From contig JBHGNT010000009.1 of assembly GCA_043228905.1 (NCBI GenBank), positions 20,336,001 to 20,400,000 on the forward strand: 64,000 nt of DNA. Direction: 5' to 3'. Below, piece after piece: positions 13,051 through 26,050 of this stretch. Positions within the stretch are counted from its first letter, which is position 1; each line of letters starts with the position of its first letter. The stretch is from Azolla caroliniana (lineage: Eukaryota; Plantae; Polypodiophyta). The notes under the pieces are model-generated. The model ran no database searches. It was not told the origin of the DNA and saw only the letters and a program-made list of their open reading frames with translations. Both the position numbers and the translations under genes were made by a program.

Positions 13051-13363
13051 GGGAAAAGTACCAGGATACCCATGGAAGTTTGTCTATTTACCAGAATGCC
13101 CCTAGAAGTTCCAAATTTACCAAACTACTCCTATGTCCAAAAAATTACACTTTATAAAGTAATTATACACTCAAATCTACAAGCCCTATTTACCAGAATA
13201 CCCTTAAAACACAAATTTCTTTACTTAAGAGATTCTTTGGGTCCTTTGTACTTACTTTATAAAGTGCATTTTTTTGGACATTGGGGTAGTTTGGTAAATT
13301 TGGAACTTCCAGGGGCATTCTGGTAAATAGACGAACTTCCAAGGGTATCCTGGTAGTTTTCCC
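13051..13363. mobile_element. Mutator-like (MULE) MITE, 313 bp
   Basis: TIRs of about 110 bp (GGGAAAAGTACCAGGATACCC... / ...GGGTATCCTGGTAGTTTTCCC). Perfect 9-bp TSD TAGAAAGTA at 13042-13050 and 13364-13372. Confidence 0.92.
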
Positions 13364-13558
13364 TAGAAAGTACTCTCAAAAGTTGTACCACAAGGTTTAT
13401 GTGTTGTTATGAAGGTAAATTGTATCAATGTAAATACATATTCACTTGCCAAAGACCAAGTTTGTATCCCAAGGTGTATTACATCGAGTATATGTCTTTC
13501 TTTGTTAGAGTTCTATCTCACTACCGAGGTTATGATATGGACCCTATTAAACCGACAT

Positions 13559-13756
13559 TAACAATCGGCAACAGTTCGGTTTGGTTCGAGAGGGTCAAAA
13601 ACAATTAAAAAAAAACCCGTTAAACCTTTTAAACCGCGGTTTCTACCTGTTGATATTGAACTGAACTATTAAAAAAAACCCGAACTAAACCGTTTAAACC
13701 GTTAAGCCATAGTTTCACGGTTCGGTTCGGTTCAAACGATATGTTGCCAATTGTTA
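13559..13756. mobile_element. hAT-type MITE (about 200 bp)
   Basis: TIRs TAACAATCGGCAAC / GTTGCCAATTGTTA (13/14). AACCG/CGGTT subterminal repeats like those of the hAT at 23080. The 8-bp TSD is decayed. Confidence 0.7.
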
Positions 13757-14519
13757 ACCACCGTATACCCTTTGGTCGATGACATATGTTAGCAATCATA
13801 TTAACTTGATTCCAAAGCTTGCTCACTCAACATAAGGACTTTATCAAGACAATTAAACAAGCTAAAAGACAAGCAAATACACATCATAAATAGCCACACT
13901 CTGATTAATCAATACATATAATGATGTTAATGCATGAGGATTAGTTGTGCAAACATTGATCTTATAAATAAAATGAGAGAAGAAGAAATTTTATACCCTT
14001 TAGTATGAATTGTGGAATTTCGGAAGAGCCAAAAAGCCTATATTTATACTTCTGTTATATTTCAATTCTTTTCACACTAGGAGGACATATGGCTTTGCCT
14101 TTCCTACTTTTAGTGCTATCCTCTCTCTTAATAAATTGTAGCTTGGTTATGTTATATCTATGCTCATATCACTAGAAATGTTGGAGTATATGGCAACTAC
14201 GTCTTAACATCTTCCTAGTCCAATGCATGTGCACTCATGAGTGCGTTGGTTCATGTTGCTATCAGATGTGCCCTTTGGGGATGGGAGATGCATAGGTAAA
14301 AATGGGGATTGGTGACGGGTTCAAGAATACATCTTTTGGGTGTGGGGATGGACTGAAGGATACATGTCAAGGATCAAGGTTAAGTTATGGATTGGGAAGG
14401 AAGGGGGTTTGGATTGGACAGGGTGGTTGGATGGGATCTAAGGAATGTTGAGAGGCGGTATTGGGGTTGTTATGATGAGGGAAGGATGAGTAGGTTGAAG
14501 GTAGTTTATAGAGCCTTTT

Positions 14520-16068
14520 GTACTCAACAAGGCATTTGGCACATAATACACGTTTTGGTAGTTTGTGTGGGATAACATGATGTGCTGAAGGAAATCTATG
14601 TTGATTGGAGGTAGGGGTATCTCTTGCATTAGCAATGTTGACTATAAGAACTCTATATGAATCAACCGTTACAATCTTTTTCGATGCTATCAGTTCAAGG
14701 AACTGCTATTATGTGCAATGATATGCAAGTGGCATTGGGACAATTTATGGCTTCATGGTCCCCCACTAGCAATTAGATTTGGTTTGGTTATTTCTTTCCT
14801 TTAAAAGTTATTTTAGGAGCTAAAGTAACTAGCACTGCAGGTGATGTTATATACTTTAATGTGGGTGATGATGGTAGGTTGTGGCATGTATTTTCTGCAT
14901 CAAATGTGTGGATGCCCACTAATGTTTCAGCTATTCGAGTAGTTGCAAGATTTGGAAAAAAATGGTTCTTGGATCCACCATTTGAAGAATGCTTATGATG
15001 TTGTTCATTGTGGGTTTTTCAAAGAAAGCCGCTTTACAATTTGGGGATCCAGTTGATTATCAATGGAAAAAGTCGAGTGTTGGTGGAAATGGTAAACATT
15101 TGGAGTTTTTCCAATATTCGGTTAAGCTAGGTAGAAATTTATTGTTGTGATCAAAGTATAAATGCCCTGCTGCCATGAAGCATTGGACTACAAATGATGT
15201 GAATGTATTGCAACTTACCAAATTTTGGAAATGGTTGTGGAGTATGCAGTTGCCGAAAAAAGTGATTTGTTTTCGTTGGTTGTTGATGCATTATGTTCTT
15301 CCTATTGGTGATTGGTTGAGGCAAAATCGGCCATATGCTTGTGGAATGCATTGTGGTGCATCTATGGAATCTATGTTGCATTTGTTTTGGTTATGTCCCA
15401 GGAGCAAGCAATTTTGGAGTAAGCTGTTTTTATTGCTAAGACACCATTATTCTCGTTCTATTTTCTTGTGGGGTGCAATATTTTGGGTGTCCTTCATGGA
15501 GATGTTATGAAGTATGAAAGTAGGAATGCTTCTCATGTCTTTCATTTTTCCCATGGGCACCTCTATCTCACTTCATTTCCATCTTCTATTCCACGGTTTA
15601 GAATTGAAAATATGGTTATTTGGTGTACTATTACGTCATTAGCTCTTTGGATAATATGGAAAGCGAGATGTGATACCGTTTTTAATAATGCTCACATACA
15701 TCTCCGCACCATGCTTATTGAATTCTTGTTGTTATTTGTCCATACACTACGTGGTCAATATGATGATCTGCAGGGTTCAACTGATGTTCTATGGCAATGT
15801 CAAGTGGACTTTAAGAAACGATGGCAAGGGCTTCACTTATTTTCGGAGACAACTTCTGCTCTAAGGTGGAATTATGCCATACCTTCTTTTTTGTTGTATA
15901 GATTGTAGTTTGTGCTCCTCTTGTTTCTTATATGATATCATCTATTTGATCAGATGTTGGTATTAGCCTTTGTATCACAATAGAGGTGAGATGAAATGTC
16001 TCCTTCTGTTTTCTATATGTACATTTCTCAAGTAATATACTAAGGTGTATCTTTCTTTTAAAAAAAAA
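14520..16068 (+). mobile_element. L1-clade LINE 3' fragment
   Basis: zf-RVT-like region (WSMQLPKKVICFRW..CGMHCGASMESMLHLFWLC; LWIIWKARCDTVFN) followed by a poly(A) run at about 16060-16068. The 5' boundary is approximate. Confidence 0.75.
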
Positions 16069-16079
16069 CAATCACGTTC

Positions 16080-17160
16080 ACGGTAAAAACCTCAATAACA
16101 AACACAATATAGACTCTAGAGGTCATTGACAACCATCATGTAGAGATCAATGAAACTATTTTTAGAAGCGAAATGAGTCAATGTCAACCATCATATAGAG
16201 CTCAACATCTCCCATCGAGATGAGTTGTCGTAGTGGACAATTGCAGCGACACCAATTGCTTACCACCACGTTCATTTTCAAGGCTAACTTTCATTTCATT
16301 TGTGCATTTGATAATCATAAAATGCCACGAATTGGATCTCCAACAACAAATCCCCACTAGCAAACACAACCCAAGGAAGCAACTATATTGAAAACTAACA
16401 CCTCAAACCTAGAACTAGTTGTTGCGCTACAATCCATCTAGAGCGACTAATCTTAGTTGAACGTAAGAGGAGACCCATACCCTCTAGTAGTAACGAACAA
16501 TAACATTGAGTCGGCCTAGATAAGAAAGGTTGAGCAGACAACACTTATGACCATATGAACATGCTCAAACATATCACACAAACCTAAAAGTCACAGTCTC
16601 TAATTTGGGATGAGAGTGGTCACATTCAGTCTCATCCTAGTTGAAGTTTGCTTTTGTATGCTTCTAGAATTTTTTTGTAATGACTTCCTTTACATAAAGT
16701 AAGTTTTTTTGCCAACATCTCATGAAGAGGGACATAGTGCATTACCCAACTCTCCTCCCTCGAACAAGAACCGAAATAGATAGTCTAAGCTTGTATATGT
16801 TGGACTAAAAGCTACACCAATAGGTGTGAATTGTTGGGCTAAAAGTCCTACTCTACCCATTTACATCTTGTTGTGAACACTCCACTTGGAGTTAGGGCTT
16901 AGTTACCCCAACTATAAGTATTGGGAACTAACTCTTGTAATATAGTTTGGTGGGTTTTGAAATATACAATTTTCTCTTGAGCTATAACCGTGTAACTGTC
17001 TTCCACCTACTCTCTATATATCTTTGTGTGATTCAATAGCACATCGTTCATCTTCTTGTTTCATCCCTGTTTGCTTGTTCCATTAAATAAGATCCATATT
17101 AATCTGCATAAGTTGGCATACCATCACACAATAATTGACTAAGACACATCCAGTGTCAAC
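16080..17160 (-). mobile_element. Highly decayed Copia 3' region / LTR remnant
   Basis: Minus strand reads AGTGGGGATTTGTTG (PPT/LTR-start-like) at about 16344-16358. Faint RNase H-like similarity toward 17100. Confidence 0.35.
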
Positions 17161-20100
17161 AAACAGTAAAGTCGAGCTTGCTAGATGAGGAGGCGCATCG
17201 GAAAGATAAAGATACGAGCTCCGACTCCAAAGCGCTCCTTACCGAATCGGAACGCGGAAGACATAGAAACCGTAGTCCCCAGAACCGGGAGAAGTCGGGG
17301 ACACGGTCAAAGTCAAGGGGGAGGCCCACTTGCTTCTATTGCGGCAAGCCGGGACACTTCCAAAAGAACTGTCGGCATTTCCGAAAAGATAAGGAGACTG
17401 ACGGTACCGATTCGAAGCGGACCCCGGACCGGAACGGCAAAGACCGGAGGGGGCCGGACCGGAAGGGAACGACGGCAATCGCGGCAAGTGAAGAAGAGTT
17501 GATGCTCATCACTGAGGAGAGTGAGATAAACCTTGCCGGCGACGAGATGACCTGGGTGGTAGACTCCGGAGCGTCGTTCCACCTTACCCCGGACCGGAAA
17601 TGCTTCTCATTCTACGTAGCCGGTGATCACGGCTGTGTCCGGATGGGGAATGAAGGTACATGCCGAATTGTCGGCATAGGAGACGTGTGGCTAACAACAC
17701 CAACTGGATGCAAGTTGTTGCTGAAGGATGTCCGACACGTTCCGGAGGTTCGTCTGAACCTGATATCAGTCGGTCGGCTAGATGATGAAGGCTACATGGG
17801 TAGCATCCGGAATGGTGTCATGAAGTTCAGCAAAGGGAGCCTGATTGTGGCTCGGGCCCGGAAGGTCAACACATTGTACCTAATGAATGCCCGGCTATGT
17901 CCGGAAGAAGTGAATGTGGCATCCGACACTACCGGTGAGCTATGGCACAAGAGGCTATGTCATATGAGCGAGAAGGGGATGAAGAGGCTTGCAGACGACA
18001 ACTTCATTCCAGTGAAGAACGTGCACTTGGAGAAGTGCACTGATTGTCTGGCCGGTAAGCAAAACCGGACCTCCTTTCGACCAAGGCCACCGATGAGACA
18101 TAATGCACGACTGGAGTTGGTGCATACGGATATGTGTCAAGTAGACACGAAGTCACATGCCGGAGCGCAGTACTTCGTGACATTCATAGATGACCACAGC
18201 CGGAAGCTGTGGGCCACATCGTTGAAGACGAAGGATCAGGTGCTATCCGTCTTCAAAGAGCTCCACGCGAGAGTGGAAAGAGAAACCAGTCGGAAGCTGA
18301 AGGCGGTTCGAGCAGATAACGGAGGAGAATACCGGGGGCAGTTCGAGGAGTACTGCCGCTCGAAGGGAATCTGGCTCGAATTTACTGTGCTGAAGACGCC
18401 GGAACTAAACGGGTTGGCCGAGAGGATGAACCAGACCATAATGGAGAGGGTCCGGAGTATGCTGGCGCATGCAAAACTACCCAAGAAGTTTTGGGCTGAG
18501 GCACTGTCAACGGCCACATATGTGATAAACAGGTCACCCTCAGTACCCTTGGACGGAGACACGCCATAGAGAGTCTGGACCGGTAAGGAAGTGTCCTACC
18601 GGCATCTGAAGGTATTCAGGTGTCTCGCGTACGTGCATGTAGCTAAGGACCGGAGAGGAAAGTTAGATCCAAAGACACGGCCATGCATATTCCTCGGTTA
18701 CGGTGACGATGAGTTTGAATACCGAGTGTGGGACCTGGTCGACAAGAAGGTATTCCAGAGTCAAGATATTATCTTCATGGAGGACAAGACGCTCGCCGAC
18801 TAGGAGTCGGAGAAGAAGATAATGAACTCCGAGTCGACCGGTAAGGACCGACTCTACGATGAGCAGACCCAACCGGCAAGAGACCGGTTAGCACTCGAGG
18901 GACCAGCCGGTTACGGTGAGGATACCGAACAGGCTGAAGAAGAAGTAGAGGAAGCTGAAACCGGAACCGGCCAAGACCCCGAATCGGATTCCGATGAAGA
19001 GCAAATGGAGGAGCCGGTTACCGAAGCCCGAAGACGGAGATATCCTCTCAGAGAGATAAGGCCCCCCCGGAGATTTCCGGATGCAGAGCATGTTCTGCTG
19101 ACCGATGAGGGGGAGCCGGAAAGCTTCGAAGAAGCGAAGGATGACACCCACAGCCGCAAATGGTTAAGTGCCATGCAAGACGAGATGGATTCCCTGCATG
19201 AGAACCATATGTACGAATTGGTGGAGTTGCCGAAAGGAAAGCGGGCACTCCGAAACAAGTGGGTGTACAAGTTGAAACCGGGAGATGCCGGCAACCCCCC
19301 GAGATACAAAGCCAAGATCGTGGTGAAGGGGTTCCAGCAAAAGAAGGGCGTGGACTTCGACGAGATATTTGCCCCGGTAGTAAAGATGACCTCCATCCGG
19401 ACGGTGCTGAGTATAGCGGCAAGCATGGACCTCAAGGTAGAGCAGCTAGACGTGAAGACGACATTCCTTCACGACGACCTCGAAGAGGAGATCTACATGC
19501 AGCAACCGGAAGGATTTGTGGAGAAAGGGAAGGAGCACCTGGTTTGCTGGTTGAAGAAGAGCCTCTACGGGTTGAAGCAGGCCCCCCGGCAATGGTACCA
19601 GAAGTTCGACTCCTTCATGACCGATCAACGGTACCACAAGACGCAGGCCGATCACTGCGTGTTTGTGAAGAAGTTTGAAGGAGGCGACTTCCTGATACTC
19701 CTTCTATACGTGGATGACATGTTGATCGTCGGACGGGATCAAGTCAAAATACGGATGCTGAAGAAGGCTCTCAACCGGACCTTCTCAATGAAAGACTTGG
19801 GTCCGGCAAGACAGATGTTGGGGATGCATATTATCCGGAACCGGTCAGCGAAGCAATTATGGCTGTCACAGGAAAAGTACGTGACAAAGGTGCTTCACCG
19901 GTTCAACATGTCAGATGCGAAACCGGTCGGATCGACACTTTCGGCAAACTGCAGGTTATCCGATAAGCAAAGTCGGAAGACGAAAGCAGAAAAGGCTGAT
20001 ATGATGAAGATTCCATATGCCTCTGCCGTGGGGAGCTTGATGTACGCAATGGTGTGTACCCGACCAAATATAGGATACGCAGTCGGAGTGGTGAGCCGGT

Positions 20101-21530
20101 TTATGAGCAATCCCGGCAAGGAGCACTGGAACGCGGTCAAATGGATACTCCGGTATTTGAAGGCACTTCAAATATGTGTCTCCAATTCGGCTCCGGAAAA
20201 CCTCAACTTGACGGTTACACCGATTCAGACATGTCGGCTGATGTGGATACCAACCGGTCTACATCCGGGTACGTAATGACATATGCAGGGGGAGCTGTTT
20301 CGTGGCAGTCAAGGCTGCAGAAGACGGATGCATTGTCAACCACGGAGGCGGAGTACATGGCGGTTGTGGAAGCCGGCAAGGAAATATTATGGATGAAGGA
20401 CTTCATCGGAGAGCTCGGTATCCGGCAAGATGAATACCGACTCTATTGCGACAGTCAAAGTGCCATCCACCTTGCTAAGAATGCGGCCTACCATTCTCGG
20501 ACGAAGCATATCCAACGAAGGTATCACTGGATCCGGGAAAGAGTAGATGACCAGGAGTTCGCACTGACGAAGATCCACACGGCCGAGAACGGGTCAGATA
20601 TGCTGACCAAAGTGTTGATACCCGACAAGCTGGATGCACGTCGGAAGAGAATCGGACTGGTAAGACACCCCATGCCGGAGTGAAGGGGGAGTTTGTTGGG
20701 AGACAGGTCCCTCCGGATGGTGCAGACCTAGTGAAGACCGGATGAGGAGTACCCGGCTACGGAGAGCCGGATGGTGCAGACCCGGTGAGCACCGGATGAG
20801 GAGTACTCGGCTACGGAGAGCCGGATGGTGCAGACCCGGTGAGAACCGGATGAGGAGTACCCGGCTACGGAGAGCCGGATGGTGCAGACCCGGTGAAGAC
20901 CGGATGAGGAGTACCCGACTACGGAGAGCCGGATGGTGCAGACCCGGTGAGAACCGGATGAGGAGTACCCGGCTACGGAGAGCCAGATGGTGCAGACCCG
21001 GTGAGAACCGGATGAGGAGTACCCGGCTACGGAGAGCCGGATGGTGCAGACCCGATCAGGAATGCTCACTGGATGAAGAGACATATTCGTAAATATGTTT
21101 TTGAGAGTCCATCGAGGCTATATTTGTAAATAGCCGAAAAGTCATATTAGTATAAATATGACTTAGGGCAAACTTTTGGTTTGTTGTTGTCATTCTTGTT
21201 GGTACAAGGATAGAGTCAGCGTGTAACTATGTACAGAGAGAGAGAGAGAGAGAGAAAGAGGTTGTTGCCTCTGTTGTAACCGCCGCCTGTGGCGAGGATC
21301 GTGAGCACGAGGTCGTTGCCTCCGTGAACTCATTGTTGTACATTCTAGCATAGTGATAGTTTGCAGCCTGTGGGCTGCCGTGGTTTTTTCCCTTGGTTTG
21401 GGTTTTCCACGTAAACATCCTGTGTACCCTTCTCTTCTTTGTGTCGTGCATTCATTCCCATTTTCTGTGTATGATTCTAAGCTCGGTTGTGGCCGAGCGT
21501 TGCGCATAAGGAGCATTTTAGTTCCCGTCA
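17160..21530 (+). mobile_element. Ty1/Copia element (Copia-2), 5'-truncated, 3' LTR retained
   Basis: Gag knuckle CFYCGKPGHFQKNC, WVVDSGAS, integrase LVHTD..DNGGEY, RT LLYVDDML, RH YTDSDMS..RTKHI. PPT GAAGGGGGAG at 20682-20691. 3' LTR TGTTGGGA(20694)..TCCCGTCA(21530). No 5' LTR or PBS. Confidence 0.9.
20713..21053 (+). repeat. 54-bp tandem array (about 6.3 copies) in the Copia-2 LTR
   Basis: Unit CCGGATGGTGCAGACCCGGTGAGAACCGGATGAGGAGTACCCGGCTACGGAGAG starting at 20713, 20767, 20821, 20875, 20929, 20983 and 21037. Confidence 0.95.
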
Positions 21531-21676
21531 CCCCGACCTACTGTGGGGACACTCTTCACGACCTCTAGGGTCACGAAGGTCATAAAGAAATTACAACATA
21601 GGAAGTCCATGGACCACACAGGATTGCGAGCAGAACACATCATATATGCGAGAGAGTGCCTAGCTCCCTTGCTAAC
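21531..21676 (+). mobile_element. RTE/RTEX-like LINE (family B), upstream piece
   Basis: Translates TLFTTSRVTKVIKKLQHRKSMDHTGLRAEHIIYARECLAPLLT and continues in frame at 31496 (LIFNRALTEGFPPQW) once Copia-3 and one TSD copy are removed. Confidence 0.8.
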
Positions 21677-21743
21677 TGTAAAAGATTGCTTGTGAAAGAG
21701 TTAGAAAGAACAATACACAAAGAGAGACAGAGAGAGTATGCGG

Positions 21744-21777
<34 letters not shown>

Positions 21778-23529
21778 AAGACACACTATTTTTCAAAATT
21801 ATATGAATACTCTGTGGTCTACATCTACAACGCGCTCATCAACGCTATTTATACAAGTCCACACGGGACTGTTAGAATTACGGTGTACTTCAATGCTCAC
21901 ACGAGCATCTGACACTAACTACGAGACTATAACTGCCTAGTAGTCTAACCTATACTAGGCTTCCGGTTACGGATTGGATCCGGCATACCGGCTCCCCAGC
22001 TCACCGGTCCTTACTGCTTACTGACTCGGTTGCTCACCGGCATACCGATTCATCTCGCTTACCGGCTCAGGCTTATTCAACCGATTCGGCTCTGATTGAG
22101 CTTGCCGCTCAACACTCCCCCTCAAGCTCAACCTGAGGTAGGGACGTAGTGTCAACCTCTGTGGCATTCGGTTCTTCCAACTGACTTCTCCTGGCATCGC
22201 TTCACCTTGCTCTCACTCCTTGTCTGGTCCGGTCCCGTTTGCCGCGACCCCTTTGGTTCTGCGCGCCTCGACCTTCGGCATGTCTGCTCAATAGGCCCAT
22301 CTCAGCTCCTTCACTGTTATGACTCCGGCGCTTGCCGATCCGTCGGTTCCACTGCGATGGCATCGACTTCCGCTGCATCCGTGTCTCCTTGGCCTCTCGT
22401 TGATCCGACTCATCCGGATCCATCTATTGAACCGAATCGGCTGTCTCCGACTCGTTCCAGCTCTTGTCGGAATCGGTATCCTCCGATTCAATTTTCGGCT
22501 TCAGGCCTCTCACCACATCGGACCACGTCCGGGTCTTGGCCTTCTCTGTGCTTCCCTTGGCTTCTTCAGCCGGTTCACCGAAGTTGAATTCTTCATTCAA
22601 CTCCGCATCATGGCCATTACGATCGTGATGACCTCCGCATAGCATGCACTTCTCTTCCTGAGTGTACACTTCTTCTTCACAACCGCTTACTCCGACCTGT
22701 TCGGATGTGCCAACTTCCTTCGTCGACTCGGCTTCATTTTTCTTCTTGTCTCCACCTCTACCGGTTCTTCTCTTACCTACGGGTTCAACAGTTTTTTTGC
22801 CTTTGCCCATTTCGGTAGTGTCTTTGCCCTTGCGTCTCCCCCTCAAGTGCGGCACGTCGAGACGCTGAACACCAAGCATTTCGGTAAAGTGCTGCAACTT
22901 GTCTGACCCGAGCGGCTTGGTGAAGATGTTGGCAACTTGCCGATCCGTATGAACATACCATAGTTCAACTTCACCGCTCAGGACCCGCTCACGCACGAAG
23001 TGATAATGCACTTCTATGTGCTTTGTGCGAGCATGGAACACAGGGTTCTTGGCGAGCTGCATGCTGCTGAGGTTATCGCTAGGGATCGGCAACAGTTCGG
23101 TTTAGGCTTAGCCGGTTTGGCCTTATCCAAGCCATAGGGTTTTTCAAACCTAAACCAAACCAAACCAAACCGATCCCTAAACTGGTTTATGAACCAGCTT
23201 GGTAAACGGCTTGTAAACCGGTTTGTAAACCGATTTGTGAACTTCATTACACAATTCTATTACAATTTATCATTGAACTTCATAACACAATTTATCATTG
23301 AACAATCCCCCTCCAATATGTTCCAAATGTAGAATGGTTACAAGGCTTAGAGAAAAACAACAAGAAAACATAAAATGTGAAATGCAAGGCAAATTTAACT
23401 AATAGATAATTAAAGAAAAACAACGAGAAAAATTTGACTATTCCAAAAATGTTAACTATTCCAATAATTGATCGTCATAATTGTCCCAAGTCATAATATT
23501 CCAAAAAAATCACTTGTCCAAGTATAAGT

Positions 23530-26050
23530 ATTCAATAACATCATCCTCGGCAATAATCTCTTCTAAATTGATATCTAAAGTATCATATGCATCATTAATA
23601 TCTTCAGGAATTGGAATATTAACACTATCAAGTAGATCTATCCAAGATCGTATGCACATCTTGGCCTTGAAAGTGCATGAATGCAACCGTTGCCTATCGT
23701 CGAAGTTATCACGAGCTTCGGAGTTAGCTTCCTATGAAGGCGCTGATGAAGCTAGAATAGCCAAATAATCGCATGCCATTTTATACATCCTTGAAAAAAT
23801 GGATCTGTTTCAAATCAGAAAAAAAGATACTATCAAAATGTGTTCATTAATTACCAACAATAACAAATTTGTTTAATACAACATGATGCAATATAGCTTG
23901 AAACCTATTGGTAGACCACCAATGTAGAGGGTCTACGGAACTCTTCACTCGTGGAACCTTCAAGAAACCTTCAATTTCTGTCCGAGCTGATGATTCATGA
24001 GATTTGTCATTATTCATATCCCAAATATCCAAAAAATCAAACGAAGATCCTTCACATGCATCTTCGGATAGAGAATCTTCGACATTACTAGGATCATGAT
24101 ATTGGGTTGTCAAGAAACTTTGCACCAATTCTATATCGAGGTTTCTCTCAATTGGATTAGGTGGTTTTGGAATTCTACACTCAAATAAAAGACACTATTA
24201 GTAAGAAAGAAAGATTAAAAAGGGGGGATTTTCAGTTAAAAACATTAGTACCTCGGGTCAACAAACATTGCGATTCGAGATGGAATAGATTTCAAGGATT
24301 CTTGGTACTTGATTAGATATTGTAAGCATTTGTTACTAGCCTCTTGTTGCACTTGAAGAGTAATCTTCTCGGAGGATGAATCAACCGAGTTCATATCCAT
24401 AGAAATATATTTATTACAATGTGCTAATAAGTTGTTGAATGCAAGCGCGGCTATTGAGAGGGTCGGATACTTTGACCCACTCAAGTAATTACAAATTTTA
24501 GCAGGCACAAGCAACCATTGTTCCATACTTTGTATATGACTCCAATCTTCTATGGAGAGTGTATGGTCCACAAACTCATTAGCAATGACATTGTCACTTG
24601 TGGTACAATTCAAGACATCTCTTAATTTTAGGGATTGTTGATACATTATTAGGGTTGAATTCCATCTAGTAATGCAATCTACACATGGTGGTTCATGTTC
24701 TCCATTCTCATGCATGGTTTTTGAATATTTTTTAAATATAGCTCTACTCACTTTACTTGTGCGTATAGAATGTAATGTCTTCCTTAACTTCATAGTAGAA
24801 GGAGTAATAACTTCTAATGCAGACTTTACACCTAGTTGATATGTATGCACCATGCATCTTAACATATGTGATGATTGTAAAATGTCTTGTCCATAATGAC
24901 AAAGTAATACCCTAGCTAAATCTTTTGATGCAACTAGAGATTCACTAGCTAGCAATGGGCACGGTTTTGGCTCAAGCCAAACCGAACCGTTAAGCCATGG
25001 TTTAAGGGTTTATTGGTTCCCAAAAAATTTAATGGTTTGGTTTGGTTTGGATTTTCGATAAACAGTTCAGTTTCGGTTTGGTTCGGTTCTAGAACTCGGG
25101 TTTATAGGTTTATAAGTTTATAGTTTTGGTTTAAAGGTTTATAGGTTTTTGGTTAACTTTTTTATCTTTTACCTTAATAGTTTATTGATTTAATGGTTTA
25201 ATTAATGATTTTTATTGATTTAATTAATTTACTTAAATGTTTATTTAATTTAATGGTTCAATTAAAGTTTCTTTTATTTATTTAATAGATTTAACTTGAG
25301 TACTTATTTAATTAAATGTATTTTTGTTTATTTAGATATTTAATTAGTTTGACTTAAGTGGTTAGGTTTAAATTTTTTCATTAAATGGTTCGGTTTGGTT
25401 TTAACTTTTCCCTAAACGGTTTGGTTTTAACTTTTTTTTAAATGGTTTGGTTTAAATAGAGAGATTTCATAAACGGTTTGGTTTGGTTTTTGTTTTCAAT
25501 AAACGGTTCGGTTTCGGTTCGGCTCGGTTTTATTGCCTTGAAACCGAACCGAACCGTGCCCATTGCTATCACTAGCACCGTTAGAAGTTGTAGATAGAAG
25601 ACGTGAAGAGATATATTAAATGATTTTAGACGGGAGAATAAAGCTTTTCCGACACGTTTTCCTACCCCATCTCCCGGAAAGACATCTAGGAAGTCTAAAA
25701 GCACACTAGGCGGCTTAGTAGACTCGAAACAAACAAAATGTAAAGTCACGGGATAAAATCCTTTCAAACTGTTGTTTGTCCACCCATCAAATGTTATAGC
25801 ATATCTAAAATTTTGTGAGGACAAATAAGTAATAACTAAATGGCGAAGAACAACATACATTCGTAACACTAATCTCTTAAGTGTACGAGATGATTTAAGT
25901 TGATAAGTGGGCAAGACTTCATGCATTAATCTCTTAAAACTAGAAGACTCAATATGTGCATGAGGTAGCATTGATGTGACTATGTATCTAACAACAGTAC
26001 TACCAAACTTCTTCTCTAGAGTACGAGATATAGTTAATGTAGATGAAGTA
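23530..26050 (-). pseudogene. hAT transposase (spliced, interrupted by a MITE, with a stop codon)
   Basis: ITFDGWT (first catalytic D), RCMVHTYQL (CxxH), TRWNST, SKYPTLS, DPRY, DPLHWW, and the dimerisation region DYLAILASSAPS*EANS. Introns near 24176-24249 and 23806-23905. Outer limits approximate. Confidence 0.85.
24950..25568. mobile_element. hAT-type MITE (619 bp) inside the hAT transposase
   Basis: 17-bp TIR TAGCAATGGGCACGGTT / AACCGTGCCCATTGCTA. Perfect 8-bp TSD TCACTAGC at 24942-24949 and 25569-25576. AT-rich core. Confidence 0.95.

Noticed and set aside
20713-21053. CRISPR-like array, or repeat proteins (ORFs 20742-21092 + and 20728-21084 -)
   Set aside because: The units are contiguous with no unique spacers, there are no cas genes, and the context is a eukaryotic LTR. 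The ORFs arise because 54 bp is a stop-free multiple of 3.
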